Shown: positions 1 through 8,772 of the stretch, one piece after another
How the letters are laid out: each line of letters starts with the position of its first letter
Numbering within the stretch: the stretch's first letter is position 1
Assembly (NCBI RefSeq): GCF_021497505.1
Contig: NZ_CP069349.1
Coordinates: 1,211,131 to 1,243,130, forward strand
Reading direction: 5' to 3'
Origin: Turicibacter sp. TJ11
GTDB taxonomy: Bacteria; Bacillota_I; Bacilli_A; MOL361; Turicibacteraceae
DNA length: 32,000 nucleotides
Notes under the pieces: model-generated
The model's database searches: none
Told to the model about the DNA's origin: nothing
Seen by the model: only the letters and a program-made list of their open reading frames with translations
Program-made: the position numbers and the translations under genes

Positions 1-501
1 AAGTTCTTTCGCAATAGCCTCTGTTAACTGTAACACGTATCCTTTTGTAGCATAGTAAGTCGCCATTAATGGACCTGATTGAAAAGCAGCTGTTGAGGCG
101 ACATTTAATATGTATCCTTTATTATTTTTAACAAAATCTTTTAAGAATAGTTTTGTTAAGCAATGAACCGTTTTAATATTTAAATCAATCATGTTCAATT
201 CGTTCTCTAGTTCAAGATTTAAAAACTCACCATATAATCCATATCCTGCGTTATTAATTAAACCAATCACGTTGTAAGCCTGACATTGTTCATAAAGTGA
301 GTAAAGACTTTTAAAATCAGAAAGATCCACTGGTATTGTCACTACCTCACAGTTATACTGCTGTTTAATATCTTCTTTAATTTGATTCAGGCGTTCAGCT
401 CGTCTAGCCACCATGATTAAATCATATCCATGCTCAGCTAACACATAACACATTGCTTCTCCAATTCCCGATGAAGCTCCTGTTACAACAAAATAAGACA
501 C
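1..501 (-). CDS. SDR-family short-chain dehydrogenase/oxidoreductase, C-terminus cut by window edge
   Basis: Manual minus-strand translation from a GTG at 499-501: (M)SYFVVTGASSGIGEAMCYVLAEHGYDLIMVARRAERL...LINNAGYGIYG...YYATKGYV. It has the TGxxxGIG, NNAG and YxxxK motifs and GGAGGG upstream. It is open to position 1. Confidence 0.88.
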   Translation of the reverse strand, partial: MSYFVVTGASSGIGEAMCYVLAEHGYDLIMVARRAERLNQIKEDIKQQYNCEVVTIPVDLSDFKSLYSLYEQCQAYNVIGLINNAGYGLYGEFLNLELENELNMIDLNIKTVHCLTKLFLKDFVKNNKGYILNVASTAAFQSGPLMATYYATKGYVLQLTEAIAKEL

Positions 502-527
502 ATTTATCCCTCCTTTAAAATAAAAAG

Positions 528-572
528 AAGAAAGCAAAACTATATTTTAAACAAATAAAGTTTTGCTTTCTT
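528..572 (-). terminator. Probable rho-independent terminator downstream of rnc
   Basis: Perfect inverted repeat AAGAAAGCAAAAC ... GTTTTGCTTTCTT, followed on the minus strand by a T-rich tract. Confidence 0.75.
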
Positions 573-583
573 CCTGCATCTGA

Positions 584-1294
584 CTATTTTTTCTCACATG
601 ATTTAGCTAAGATTTCAATAGCACCTTTAGCGGCTTGTTGTTCCGCCTCTTTTTTCGTTTTACCAATTCCACGTCCTAGCGTAATACCATCTAATAAAAC
701 GATGGATTCAAATGAACGGTTATGAGCTGGCCCCGTTTCAGAGACAATACGATACTCAATTGCCTTTTTAGAATCAGCCTGTACAAGCTCTTGTAACGTA
801 CTCTTATAATCAAACACTTGTGTGACTGAACCTTGTTGATAGGCGTTATGAATAATTTCATGAACAAATGAATAAACAACATCCATTCCTAAATCAAGGT
901 ACATTGCCCCAATAAAAGCTTCAAATGCATCCGCTAATACAGTTGGACGCTCACGTCCACCTGAATTTTCTTCTCCACGCCCAAGCAACATTAATTGCCC
1001 AAGATTTAAATTGCGTGCATAAGACTCTAGAGACGGCTCACAGACTAATTGGGCACGAATTTTAGTCATTTCCCCTTCAGATAACGCAGGTTTTAAATTA
1101 AATAAATAATTTGATACGGTCAGCTCTAACACAGCATCTCCTAAATATTCAAGACGTTCATTATCTTCAATTTTTAAGTGACGATGCTCATTCACATAAG
1201 ATGAATGCGTAAATGCCTGACAATAACGATCCAATTGTTTAAATGGAATCTTATTTTCAGTTAAAAACTCCGTTAATTGATCTAAATATGCCAT
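584..1294 (-). CDS. rnc: Ribonuclease III
   Basis: HRHLKIEDNERLEYLGDAVLEL signature and C-terminal dsRBD (DYKSTLQELVQ...GIGKTKKEAEQQAA). Start likely the internal ATG (MAYLDQL), because GGAGGTG overlaps the ORF-track start at 1309. Confidence 0.97.
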   Translation of the reverse strand: MAYLDQLTEFLTENKIPFKQLDRYCQAFTHSSYVNEHRHLKIEDNERLEYLGDAVLELTVSNYLFNLKPALSEGEMTKIRAQLVCEPSLESYARNLNLGQLMLLGRGEENSGGRERPTVLADAFEAFIGAMYLDLGMDVVYSFVHEIIHNAYQQGSVTQVFDYKSTLQELVQADSKKAIEYRIVSETGPAHNRSFESIVLLDGITLGRGIGKTKKEAEQQAAKGAIEILAKSCEKK

Positions 1295-1415
1295 ATTTTT
1301 CACCTCCATTCAAAGTCCAAATAATTATAACCCTTTTCCTGTTATTACACAAGCTATTCAGCGTGAGTTGATAGATTTCGACGAAAATAGATGAGATTTT
1401 CGCCGGAATCACTAA

Positions 1416-2420
1416 CTATTTCTCCTCTGCTTTTAAAGCCTCACTAATTTTTGAAACAACATCTTGAACCACTGTTTCACGTGCTTGACGAATGGCATTC
1501 ATTAAAGCAACTGAATCAGACGATCCATGCGCCTTAATCACAGGTGCTGAAACTCCAAGTAAAATTCCTCCACCCACTTCTGATGCATCCATACGTTTTT
1601 TAATACGTGCAAAAGCAGGCTTTAATAATAAAGCACCAATTTTCCCACGAGTTGAAGACATTAGCTCTTCTTTAATTAATGATAATAGTGATTTTGAAGT
1701 TCCTTCTACTGATTTTAACGCAATGTTTCCTGAATAACCATCAGCAACGATAATATCAACTTCTCCTGAAATCATTGTTTTTCCTTCCATATTTCCAACA
1801 AAGTTGATTGTTTGATCAGCAGCAATTAAAGCAAAGGCTTCTTTTTGTAAGTCTGTTCCTTTTCCATCCTCTGTTCCAATATTTAAAAGAGCTACGGTTG
1901 GATTTTGAATATGCATCACTTCACGTGCATAAATCGATGCAATTTTAGCATTTTGATATAAATACTGTGGTTTCCCTTCACTCGTTGCACCAGCGTCACA
2001 TAAAATAGTATATTTATTTTCTTTAATCGTTGGCATGATTGGTGCTAAAGCTGGACGTTCCACTTCTTTTAATCGCTTAACGACTAATGTTCCCGCTGCA
2101 ATTAACGCACCTGTTGCTCCAGCTGAAACGACCGCATCAATCTCACCTGTTTTTGCATCTTTACACGCGCGAACCATCGATGAATCTTTATATTTTCGAA
2201 TTGCCATCGCAGGATCTTTAATATCCATTGGAATGACTTCCTCACAATGAGCAATTTTAATACGATCGTGTGATGATTTCATGAATTTTTTTATCTCTGA
2301 TTCAATTCCATATAAAGTAATTTCAATATCATCAAACTTTTCAACAGCAGCATAGGCTCCTAAGACTGTTTGTTCAGGTGCAAAATCGCCACCCATTGCA
2401 TCTAATCCAATTTTAATCAT
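1416..2420 (-). CDS. plsX: Phosphate acyltransferase PlsX
   Basis: MIKIGLDAMGGDFAPEQTVLGA start, and NIGTEDGKG...GNMEGKTMISGEVDIIVADGYSGNIALK. Confidence 0.97.
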   Translation of the reverse strand: MIKIGLDAMGGDFAPEQTVLGAYAAVEKFDDIEITLYGIESEIKKFMKSSHDRIKIAHCEEVIPMDIKDPAMAIRKYKDSSMVRACKDAKTGEIDAVVSAGATGALIAAGTLVVKRLKEVERPALAPIMPTIKENKYTILCDAGATSEGKPQYLYQNAKIASIYAREVMHIQNPTVALLNIGTEDGKGTDLQKEAFALIAADQTINFVGNMEGKTMISGEVDIIVADGYSGNIALKSVEGTSKSLLSLIKEELMSSTRGKIGALLLKPAFARIKKRMDASEVGGGILLGVSAPVIKAHGSSDSVALMNAIRQARETVVQDVVSKISEALKAEEK

Positions 2421-2497
2421 TAATTAATTCACCTATTTCCTCTATTTTATTTGCTAATAAACATTATAAACCATTTTAGATCAGAAAGAATACCATT

Positions 2498-4543
2498 TTA
2501 ATCAAATTGATGCATTTCATTTGCAACGGTTTCTTGAATATAGTCTCGTAATGATAAAAATTCATTATTATGATAAAACTCGTCACTGCTCACTAAACGA
2601 TAAGCATCTTGCATGGCGACTTCTAAAATATTGTAGTCTTCAATTAGATCTGCCATTTTAAAAACAGGTGCTCCCGATTGCTTCTCACCAAAAAAATCAC
2701 CTGGTCCACGTAATTTTAAATCTGCCTCAGCAATTTCAAATCCATCCGTCGTTCCCGTCATAATTTTCAAGCGTTCTAAACTCTGCTCATTTTTGATGTC
2801 ACTCATTAATAAACAATAAGCTTGCTGACTTCCACGTCCAACGCGACCTCTTAGCTGATGCAATTGTGACAATCCAAATCGGTGAGCATCATAAATCAGC
2901 ATCAGGTTAGCATTCGGGACGTTCACCCCAACTTCAATGACCGTTGTTGAAATTAAAATTTGTGAACGGTTAGCTACGAAATCTTCCATCACAGCATCTT
3001 TTTCAGCCTGTGATAAGCGACCGTGCATGAGTCCAACGTTAGCACGTCCCTTAAAATGATGTTGCCATAAGTGATAGACTTCAACTGCGTTTTGAACATC
3101 CATGACCTCAGATTCCTCAATAAGTGGGGTAATAACATAGGCTTGCTGACCTTGATCCAAAATATTTTCTTGAATAAATCCCAGTGCTCGATCAAGCTTT
3201 GAGCTATCCATTAAAAATGTTTCAACCGGCTTTCGACCTTGAGGAAGTTGATTAATAATTGACACATCCATATCACCGAAAGCAGAAATGGCTAATGTTC
3301 TCGGAATAGGGGTCGCGGTCATCATTAAGACATCAACAAACTCCCCTTTTTCTCGTAACATCTTTCGTTGATTGACACCAAATCGGTGCTGTTCATCAGT
3401 GATGACTAATCCTAAGTTTTTAAACGCGACATCCTGTTGAATAATGGCATGTGTCCCGATAATTAAATGAATCTCACCTGCTGCTAATCCTTCTAAAATC
3501 TCACGACGACGTCGCCCTTTAACCGAGCTACTTAAAAACTCTATTTTAAATCCTTCATATGGACCAAATAACTCAACAAGTGATTTATAATGCTGTTGGC
3601 CTAAAATCTCAGTAGGTACCATTAATGCGGTCTGGTAGCCTGAAAGCATGACCATTAATAAACTGACCGCTGCAACAACGGTTTTTCCCGAACCTACATC
3701 TCCTTGTAATAAGCGATTCATCCGACTTCCTGATTGTAAATCTTTTTTAATTTCACCGATTACTTTTAGCTGCGCATCCGTTAACTCAAAGGGAAGTTGA
3801 TTAATAAACTCGCTCACTTGTTGCTCATCAAAAACTTTTTCTGCTCCTTGACGCTCACATTTGGTCTGGTAACGTAAATATTGTAATTTTAATTGAAATT
3901 TTAAAAGCTCTTCATATTTAATCCGACGCTTAACTTGTCGAATTTGTTCTTTGTTTTCTGGAAAATGTGAAAACAATACCGCATCTTCATAAGAAATCAG
4001 GCGATACTGCTGTTTTAGTTGCAACGGTAAATCGTCCTCGATTTGAGTTTTATACTGATCATAAGCTGACTTTAAAATTTTTTTAAATGTTTTTAATGGA
4101 ACTTCCTTTAAAGAATAGACGGGTTCAATCCCTCGTCCTTCTGATGATCCAATTTTAATATCCGTTGCAGTAATGACTTTTCGACCGAGATCCCATTTCC
4201 CTGTGACCGTAATCAGTGTATCAAGTTTTAGTTGATTTTTCAAAAAGGTTCGATTGAAAACAACTACTTTGACGACTTCATGATTCACTAAGACATTAAA
4301 CGTCATTCGTGCTTTCATTTTCCCATAATACTGAACTTGACAAGCCGTAATCACTTTCGCTTCAACTGTGATTTTTTCTTCATGCATGGCGCGATGAATG
4401 TCAATTAACTCATAATTCTCGTAGCGATAAGGAAAATACTCTAGCAAATCCTTCACACTTTTAATTTTAAGCTGGTGAAGTTTTTCAAGAAGTGAAGGAC
4501 CTACACCTTTTACTTTTTCTACTGGAATCGCTGCTAGTGACAT
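2498..4543 (-). CDS. recG: ATP-dependent DNA helicase RecG
   Basis: GDVGSGKTVVA, DEQHRFGV, MTATPIPRTLA and LHQLRGRVGRG motifs. Start likely the internal ATG (MSLAAIP) after GAGGATGTG; the ORF track begins upstream at a TTG (4561). Confidence 0.96.
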   Translation of the reverse strand: MSLAAIPVEKVKGVGPSLLEKLHQLKIKSVKDLLEYFPYRYENYELIDIHRAMHEEKITVEAKVITACQVQYYGKMKARMTFNVLVNHEVVKVVVFNRTFLKNQLKLDTLITVTGKWDLGRKVITATDIKIGSSEGRGIEPVYSLKEVPLKTFKKILKSAYDQYKTQIEDDLPLQLKQQYRLISYEDAVLFSHFPENKEQIRQVKRRIKYEELLKFQLKLQYLRYQTKCERQGAEKVFDEQQVSEFINQLPFELTDAQLKVIGEIKKDLQSGSRMNRLLQGDVGSGKTVVAAVSLLMVMLSGYQTALMVPTEILGQQHYKSLVELFGPYEGFKIEFLSSSVKGRRRREILEGLAAGEIHLIIGTHAIIQQDVAFKNLGLVITDEQHRFGVNQRKMLREKGEFVDVLMMTATPIPRTLAISAFGDMDVSIINQLPQGRKPVETFLMDSSKLDRALGFIQENILDQGQQAYVITPLIEESEVMDVQNAVEVYHLWQHHFKGRANVGLMHGRLSQAEKDAVMEDFVANRSQILISTTVIEVGVNVPNANLMLIYDAHRFGLSQLHQLRGRVGRGSQQAYCLLMSDIKNEQSLERLKIMTGTTDGFEIAEADLKLRGPGDFFGEKQSGAPVFKMADLIEDYNILEVAMQDAYRLVSSDEFYHNNEFLSLRDYIQETVANEMHQFD

Positions 4544-4640
4544 GTCATCACATCCTCTCAATTTTTATGAAATAAATTTAGTAAACATTTGTTCTGTCTT
4601 ATCTTTATTTTAGCATAAACAAATTAGCCATTCAAAGCAT

Positions 4641-4672
4641 AAAAAAGACGCAAGCTTTAAACTTACGCCTTT
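4641..4672 (-). terminator. Probable terminator downstream of fakA
   Basis: Minus-strand GGCGTAAG...CTTGCGTC pairs with G-U wobbles and is followed by TTTTTT. Confidence 0.55.
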
Positions 4673-4678
4673 TAACAA

Positions 4679-6316
4679 CTATTCTACAGAAATGATGTAT
4701 GAATAAACAGGTTGTTGACCTTCAAAAATTGTTACTTCAACATCTTCAAATTTATTTTCAATATATTCTGCTAACTCATCTGCTTCATCTTCATCGACAC
4801 CTTCTCCGAAAAGAATTGTGACGATTTCGCTATCTTCATCGATCATTTGATCCACTAAGGCACAAGCACTTTCGAAGCGACTTGGAACAGAAACCACAAT
4901 ATCTTTATCTAAAATTCCGATAAAGTCATTTTCTTTAATATCTACACCATTCATTTGTGTATCACGAACAGCATAAGTTACTTGTCCAGACTTAACTTCT
5001 GCAATGGCTTGAGTCATTTCTTCAGTATTATCTTCAACTGAAGCATTCTCATTGAACATCATTAATGCTGTATATCCTTGTGGAATTGTTTTTGATGGAA
5101 CAACAACTACATTCACATCTTCAGTTACTTGTGCAGCTTGGTTAGCGGCCATAATAATATTACTATTATTCGGTAATATGATAATGTTTTTTGCATTTAA
5201 TTCATCAATTGCTTTTAAGAAGTCTTCTGTTGAAGGGTTCATTGTTTGTCCACCTTCGATCACATAATGACATCCTTGTTCTTCAAATAAATTTTTAATT
5301 CCTTCACCGGCTACAACTGAAATAATTCCATATTCAGCTTGTTCACGTTTAGCTGGTGCTTCTTGTGGTGCATTTTGTCCGATGATTTCATTATGTTGCT
5401 CAGTCATGTTTTCAATTTTTAACTTCATGAATTCACCATGTTTTTGAGCTAAATTTAATGCTTCACCTGGAGTTAACGTATGAACATGAACTTTAACGAT
5501 ATCTTCATCTTGAACGACTACAATTGAGTTTCCTAATTTTTCTAAACGTCCACGGAAAACATCTTCTTTGAATGGTGTACGTTTTTCATCAATTCGTAAA
5601 ATAAACTCTGTACAGTAACCAAACTCAGCTTCATCATTTGATAAAGCCATTTGTGCAGATTCTGCGTTTGTTTCTGTTACTTCTTCTAAGGCAATCGTTT
5701 CACCTTTTAATGCTTTTAAGAATCCTTCAAAAATATAAGTTAATCCTTGTCCACCACTATCTACTACCCCTACTTCTTTTAAAACAGGTAATAATTCTGG
5801 TGTACGATCTAATGAAACTTGCATTTCGCTAACCACTAATTCATATAAATCAACAATTGAATCAACTGTTTCATATTTTTCAACCGCAGCTTCAGCTGAC
5901 TCACGAGCAACCGTTAAGATCGTTCCTTCAACAGGTTTCATAACTGCTTTATAAGCTGTTTTAACTCCGCTTTCTAATGCTTTTGCAATCTCTTCGATGT
6001 TCGCTTCATCTTTCCCCTCAAGACCTGTTGCAAATCCTCTAAATAACTGAGATAAGATAACACCTGAGTTTCCACGTGCGCCCATTAATAACCCACGTGA
6101 TAACACTTTAGCTACTTTACCGATTGAGGCTTCTTCTAAAGAAACTAATGCTTTAGCTCCAGCTGTCATTGTCATACTCATGTTCGTCCCTGTATCTCCA
6201 TCTGGAACTGGGAAAACATTAAGTTGATCAACGTATTTTGATTTATTCGCTAAGTTGTTAGCTCCGTTAATTACCATTTGCTTAAATAAAATACCATTAA
6301 TTTGTTTTAACGACAT
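4679..6316 (-). CDS. fakA: DAK2-domain fatty acid kinase subunit FakA (YloV-like)
   Basis: N-terminal ANNLANKSKYVDQLNVFPVPDGDTGTNMSMT and GNSGVILSQLFRGF. Located next to the Asp23-family gene as in B. subtilis yloU-yloV. Confidence 0.92.
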   Translation of the reverse strand: MSLKQINGILFKQMVINGANNLANKSKYVDQLNVFPVPDGDTGTNMSMTMTAGAKALVSLEEASIGKVAKVLSRGLLMGARGNSGVILSQLFRGFATGLEGKDEANIEEIAKALESGVKTAYKAVMKPVEGTILTVARESAEAAVEKYETVDSIVDLYELVVSEMQVSLDRTPELLPVLKEVGVVDSGGQGLTYIFEGFLKALKGETIALEEVTETNAESAQMALSNDEAEFGYCTEFILRIDEKRTPFKEDVFRGRLEKLGNSIVVVQDEDIVKVHVHTLTPGEALNLAQKHGEFMKLKIENMTEQHNEIIGQNAPQEAPAKREQAEYGIISVVAGEGIKNLFEEQGCHYVIEGGQTMNPSTEDFLKAIDELNAKNIIILPNNSNIIMAANQAAQVTEDVNVVVVPSKTIPQGYTALMMFNENASVEDNTEEMTQAIAEVKSGQVTYAVRDTQMNGVDIKENDFIGILDKDIVVSVPSRFESACALVDQMIDEDSEIVTILFGEGVDEDEADELAEYIENKFEDVEVTIFEGQQPVYSYIISVE

Positions 6317-6330
6317 GAATAATACTCCTC

Positions 6331-6705
6331 CTAGCGATCTAACCCTTTAACTCCTTGCACAAACACATTAACTTCTTTAACATGTTCTCCGAAAGTTTTT
6401 TCGATCACATACTGAACTTTTTTCTGAATTTCAAAACAAACTTCTGAAACTTTAATACCAATTCCAACGATGACATATAAGTCAACAATTAGTTTATTAT
6501 TTTCATCTGCGCGTAGTGTAACACCTTTGCTATAATTCTCTTTTCCTAAAACAACAGCTAATCCATCTTTAACTAAATTTTTAGAAGCCATTCCAACTAC
6601 ACCGTAACATTCAGTTGTTGCATTTCCAATGACTGTTGAAAGAGCATCTCTTGAAATGTCAATTCGACCATATTCATTTTTAATTTGGACTGTCATAGGT
6701 GACAA
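6331..6705 (-). CDS. Asp23/Gls24 family envelope stress protein (YloU-like)
   Basis: NEYGRIDISRDALSTVIGNATTECYGVVGMASK...GVTLRADENNKLIVDLYVIVGIGIKVSEVCFEIQKKV. Synteny with fakA. Confidence 0.92.
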   Translation of the reverse strand: MSPMTVQIKNEYGRIDISRDALSTVIGNATTECYGVVGMASKNLVKDGLAVVLGKENYSKGVTLRADENNKLIVDLYVIVGIGIKVSEVCFEIQKKVQYVIEKTFGEHVKEVNVFVQGVKGLDR

Positions 6706-6909
6706 ACCTCCCTTAGCGCTATTTTCTTAAGTTCAATTTTACTATATATTATACACATTGACAAATATAAAATGCCATCTCCTCATCGGAAAACCAACTT
6801 CTCATCACTATTCTTTGCAATTCTTTCAAAAAAACTTGCTAATCAACAAAAAGTATGATAAATTAATAGGAGTCTTAGATAAGAATGTGAAGTAAGGAGG
6901 TTTTTACTA

Positions 6910-7101
6910 ATGGCTCGTGTTTGTACAGTTACTGGACGTCGTACTAAAACAGGAAACGCTCGTTCACACGCTATGAACGCTTCAAAACGTACTTGGAAGT
7001 CTAACGTTCAAAAAGTTAAAATCTTAGTAAACGGTAAACCTAAAAAAGTATACGTTTCTGCTCGCGCATTAAAATCAGGAAAAGTAGAACGCGTTTATTA
7101 A
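6910..7101 (+). CDS. rpmB: 50S ribosomal protein L28
   Basis: [32 protein letters not shown]...[23 protein letters not shown]. Strong AAGGAGG ribosome binding site. Confidence 0.98.
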   Translation: MARVCTVTGRRTKTGNARSHAMNASKRTWKSNVQKVKILVNGKPKKVYVSARALKSGKVERVY

Positions 7102-7107
7102 TAACAT

Positions 7108-7140
7108 AAAAAAGGTTATCTCTTCGGAGATAACCTTTTT
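7108..7140 (+). terminator. rpmB rho-independent terminator, possibly bidirectional
   Basis: AAAAAGGTTATCTC-TTCG-GAGATAACCTTTTT, a perfect stem with a TTCG loop and T-tract. Confidence 0.92.
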
Positions 7141-7183
7141 TATGTTATTAATCTGCTTCATTTTAAAACTTTTAATGCGCACT

Positions 7184-7618
7184 TTACTCAATAGAAATAT
7201 GAATTTGAGCGTTATTCGTGTCAATCGTCATTAGCTCTTCTTTACTTTGAGAATCAACTAACAATAAAAGATCATCAATCTTTAAATCAATCTCTTCTCC
7301 TAGTTTAGCTTTTAGTTGCTTTTGAACGACTCCCGTTTTTAAAAAGACTTTCGCTAAACGTAGAGGAAACTTAAATTGAACATCCTCTTTTTCTCCTGCT
7401 TTTTTTGTTAAAATGTCTATTTTCAAAAATCGTCCTATTGAATTAGTATCTATCGGTTTCTTTTCTAACTGATTTTTATCCATCGCTTGAATTAATTTTT
7501 GACCTTCCTCTGCTGTAATGGTTCCGGCTTCAATCATCTTTAACACTTGGCTGAATTCTTGATTCAATTTCATCATCCTCTCTACTGTAAATCGTTTATT
7601 TCTTATCCTTTGAAACAT
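7184..7618 (-). CDS. Small protein with SHOCT-like/YvlB-LiaX-type N-terminal domain (paralog 1 of 3)
   Basis: QVLKMIEAGTITAEEGQKLIQAMDK, then a beta-rich C-terminal part (VQFKFPLRLAKVFLK...EIDLKIDDLLLLVD). Aligns by eye to the adjacent ORF. Confidence 0.7.
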   Translation of the reverse strand: MFQRIRNKRFTVERMMKLNQEFSQVLKMIEAGTITAEEGQKLIQAMDKNQLEKKPIDTNSIGRFLKIDILTKKAGEKEDVQFKFPLRLAKVFLKTGVVQKQLKAKLGEEIDLKIDDLLLLVDSQSKEELMTIDTNNAQIHISIE

Positions 7619-7621
7619 TAT

Positions 7622-7999
7622 TCATTTCACTGAAACTTGAATACTCGTTGAATTTGTTTGCAAGCTCATAATTTCATCGGTATCTTGCTGATTAATTAAC
7701 TCTATTAATTCATCTAAATCGATCTCTAAGTCGGAGTTTAATGGTGACTTAATTTGTTTTTGAATACATTTCATTTTTAATATTGACTGAGTTAATCGAA
7801 GGGGGATGTTAATATCAATGACTTGATCAATCTCATAACTATTTATATTAATATGTAACATCTGTCCCAACATTTTCTTTTTTCTCTCTTTGACTTGATG
7901 TTTTCCTTTATTAATGGCTTGAAGTAATTGTTGGCCATCGTTTGCAGTAATCGTTCCACGTTCAATCATCTTCATGATTTTTTCAATTTCTTTTTCCAT
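7622..7999 (-). CDS. Small protein with SHOCT-like/YvlB-LiaX-type N-terminal domain (paralog 2 of 3)
   Basis: EIEKIMKMIERGTITANDGQQLLQAINK...VIDINIPLRLTQSILK...DLEIDLDELIELINQ...ISL/IQVSVK-type tail. Same layout as 7184-7618, with a 3-bp gap between them. Confidence 0.7.
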   Translation of the reverse strand: MEKEIEKIMKMIERGTITANDGQQLLQAINKGKHQVKERKKKMLGQMLHININSYEIDQVIDINIPLRLTQSILKMKCIQKQIKSPLNSDLEIDLDELIELINQQDTDEIMSLQTNSTSIQVSVK

Positions 8000-8083
8000 C
8001 TTCTCCCCTCCTTTGACGTTTGGTATGTTGATTTTCAGTTTTTATATGAGAAGAAATTTTATAAGAAACTTAAGCGTTTATTC

Positions 8084-8458
8084 CTATCTCGTCATAATTT
8101 GAATTTTCTTATCTTTTGCCTGAATACTAATGACTTCTAGTGGCGGGTACTCTTTCATCATTTGTAACACTTCTTCAAGATGCATTAATATTGTATCTAA
8201 CTCTTCTTTACTATATTGAGCTTGACCTTCCTCTACATCTAATTGAATAAAAGAGGCACATAATTTAAAAAAATGCTTAACGAATCCAAAAGAAACACCA
8301 GGTAATGATCGCTTTCTTTTGCCATCCATGAAATATAATTTTAGTTTTTTAACTTGTTGTTTTTGCTGACGTTTGGATTCTTTTTCAATCTCTTTAATGG
8401 CTTTTGCTACACTCAAATGTCTTTTTTCAACTTCCTCTAAGATAGATAGGTAGGACAT
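8084..8458 (-). CDS. Small protein, divergent third member of the same tandem family
   Basis: SYLSILEEVEKRHLSVAKAIKEIEKE, then VKKLKLYFMDGK and YSKEELDTILMHLEEVLQ...IQIMTR. The true start is likely ATG at 8458, preceded by AAGGAGGAG; the ORF-track start (8476) is a TTG upstream of this SD. Confidence 0.6.
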   Translation of the reverse strand: MSYLSILEEVEKRHLSVAKAIKEIEKESKRQQKQQVKKLKLYFMDGKRKRSLPGVSFGFVKHFFKLCASFIQLDVEEGQAQYSKEELDTILMHLEEVLQMMKEYPPLEVISIQAKDKKIQIMTR

Positions 8459-8618
8459 TAAATTCTCCTCCTTCAAACTTAAATCATTTTCTTAATTTCT
8501 AGATTTTTAACTAAACAACTATCACACTTTTTATTTTTACGATCATCTACCTTAAGTTTATGATTCATAAGCTAAAAGGATGAAAAAATCGGCTTTGATC
8601 TTACTGCCTTTTAAGTAT

Positions 8619-8655
8619 AAAAAAATAGTTGCCGATTTAATCGACAACTATTTTT
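8619..8655 (-). terminator. Hairpin terminator directly after spoVM
   Basis: AAAAATAGTTG (8621-8631) pairs with CAACTATTTTT (8645-8655) and is followed by a T-tract on the minus strand. It overlaps the spoVM stop codon. Confidence 0.8.
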
Positions 8656-8734
8656 AGTGTTTTTTAAACATGTTCATAATACCTACAACGATCGCACTGA
8701 TCCACTTTGGTAATTTAATGGTATAAAATCTCAT
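8654..8734 (-). CDS. spoVM: Stage V sporulation protein M, 26 aa; absent from the ORF track
   Basis: Manual translation MRFYTIKLPKWISAIVVGIMNMFKKH*. It closely matches B. subtilis SpoVM (MKFYTIKLPKFLGGIVRAMLGSFRKD) in length and N-terminus, including Pro9. It sits between thiN and rpmB as in B. subtilis, with AGGGAGTGG upstream. Confidence 0.95.
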   Translation of the reverse strand: MRFYTIKLPKWISAIVVGIMNMFKKH

Positions 8735-8772
8735 CTCATCCACTCCCTGTTCAACGATATTAATTACTGTAC

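Noticed and set aside
691-882. 63-aa ORF antisense/alternate frame within rnc
   Set aside because: Fully inside rnc on the same strand in another frame. Low-complexity, not protein-like, no SD support.
5052-5832. Plus-strand 71-aa ORF and minus-strand 64-aa ORF inside fakA
   Set aside because: Shadow ORFs of a strong conserved gene; compositions (LLLLLLRQSF...) are typical of out-of-frame reading.
6850-6880. Sigma-A promoter for rpmB (TTGCTA-N17-TAAATT)
   Set aside because: Spacing is acceptable, but several alternative -10/-35 pairs fit equally well in this AT-rich stretch, so I do not list it as a feature.
7928-8140. 70-aa plus-strand ORF over the small-protein cassette
   Set aside because: Overlaps the antisense of paralog 2 and the intergenic region. 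No SD, no recognisable domain.
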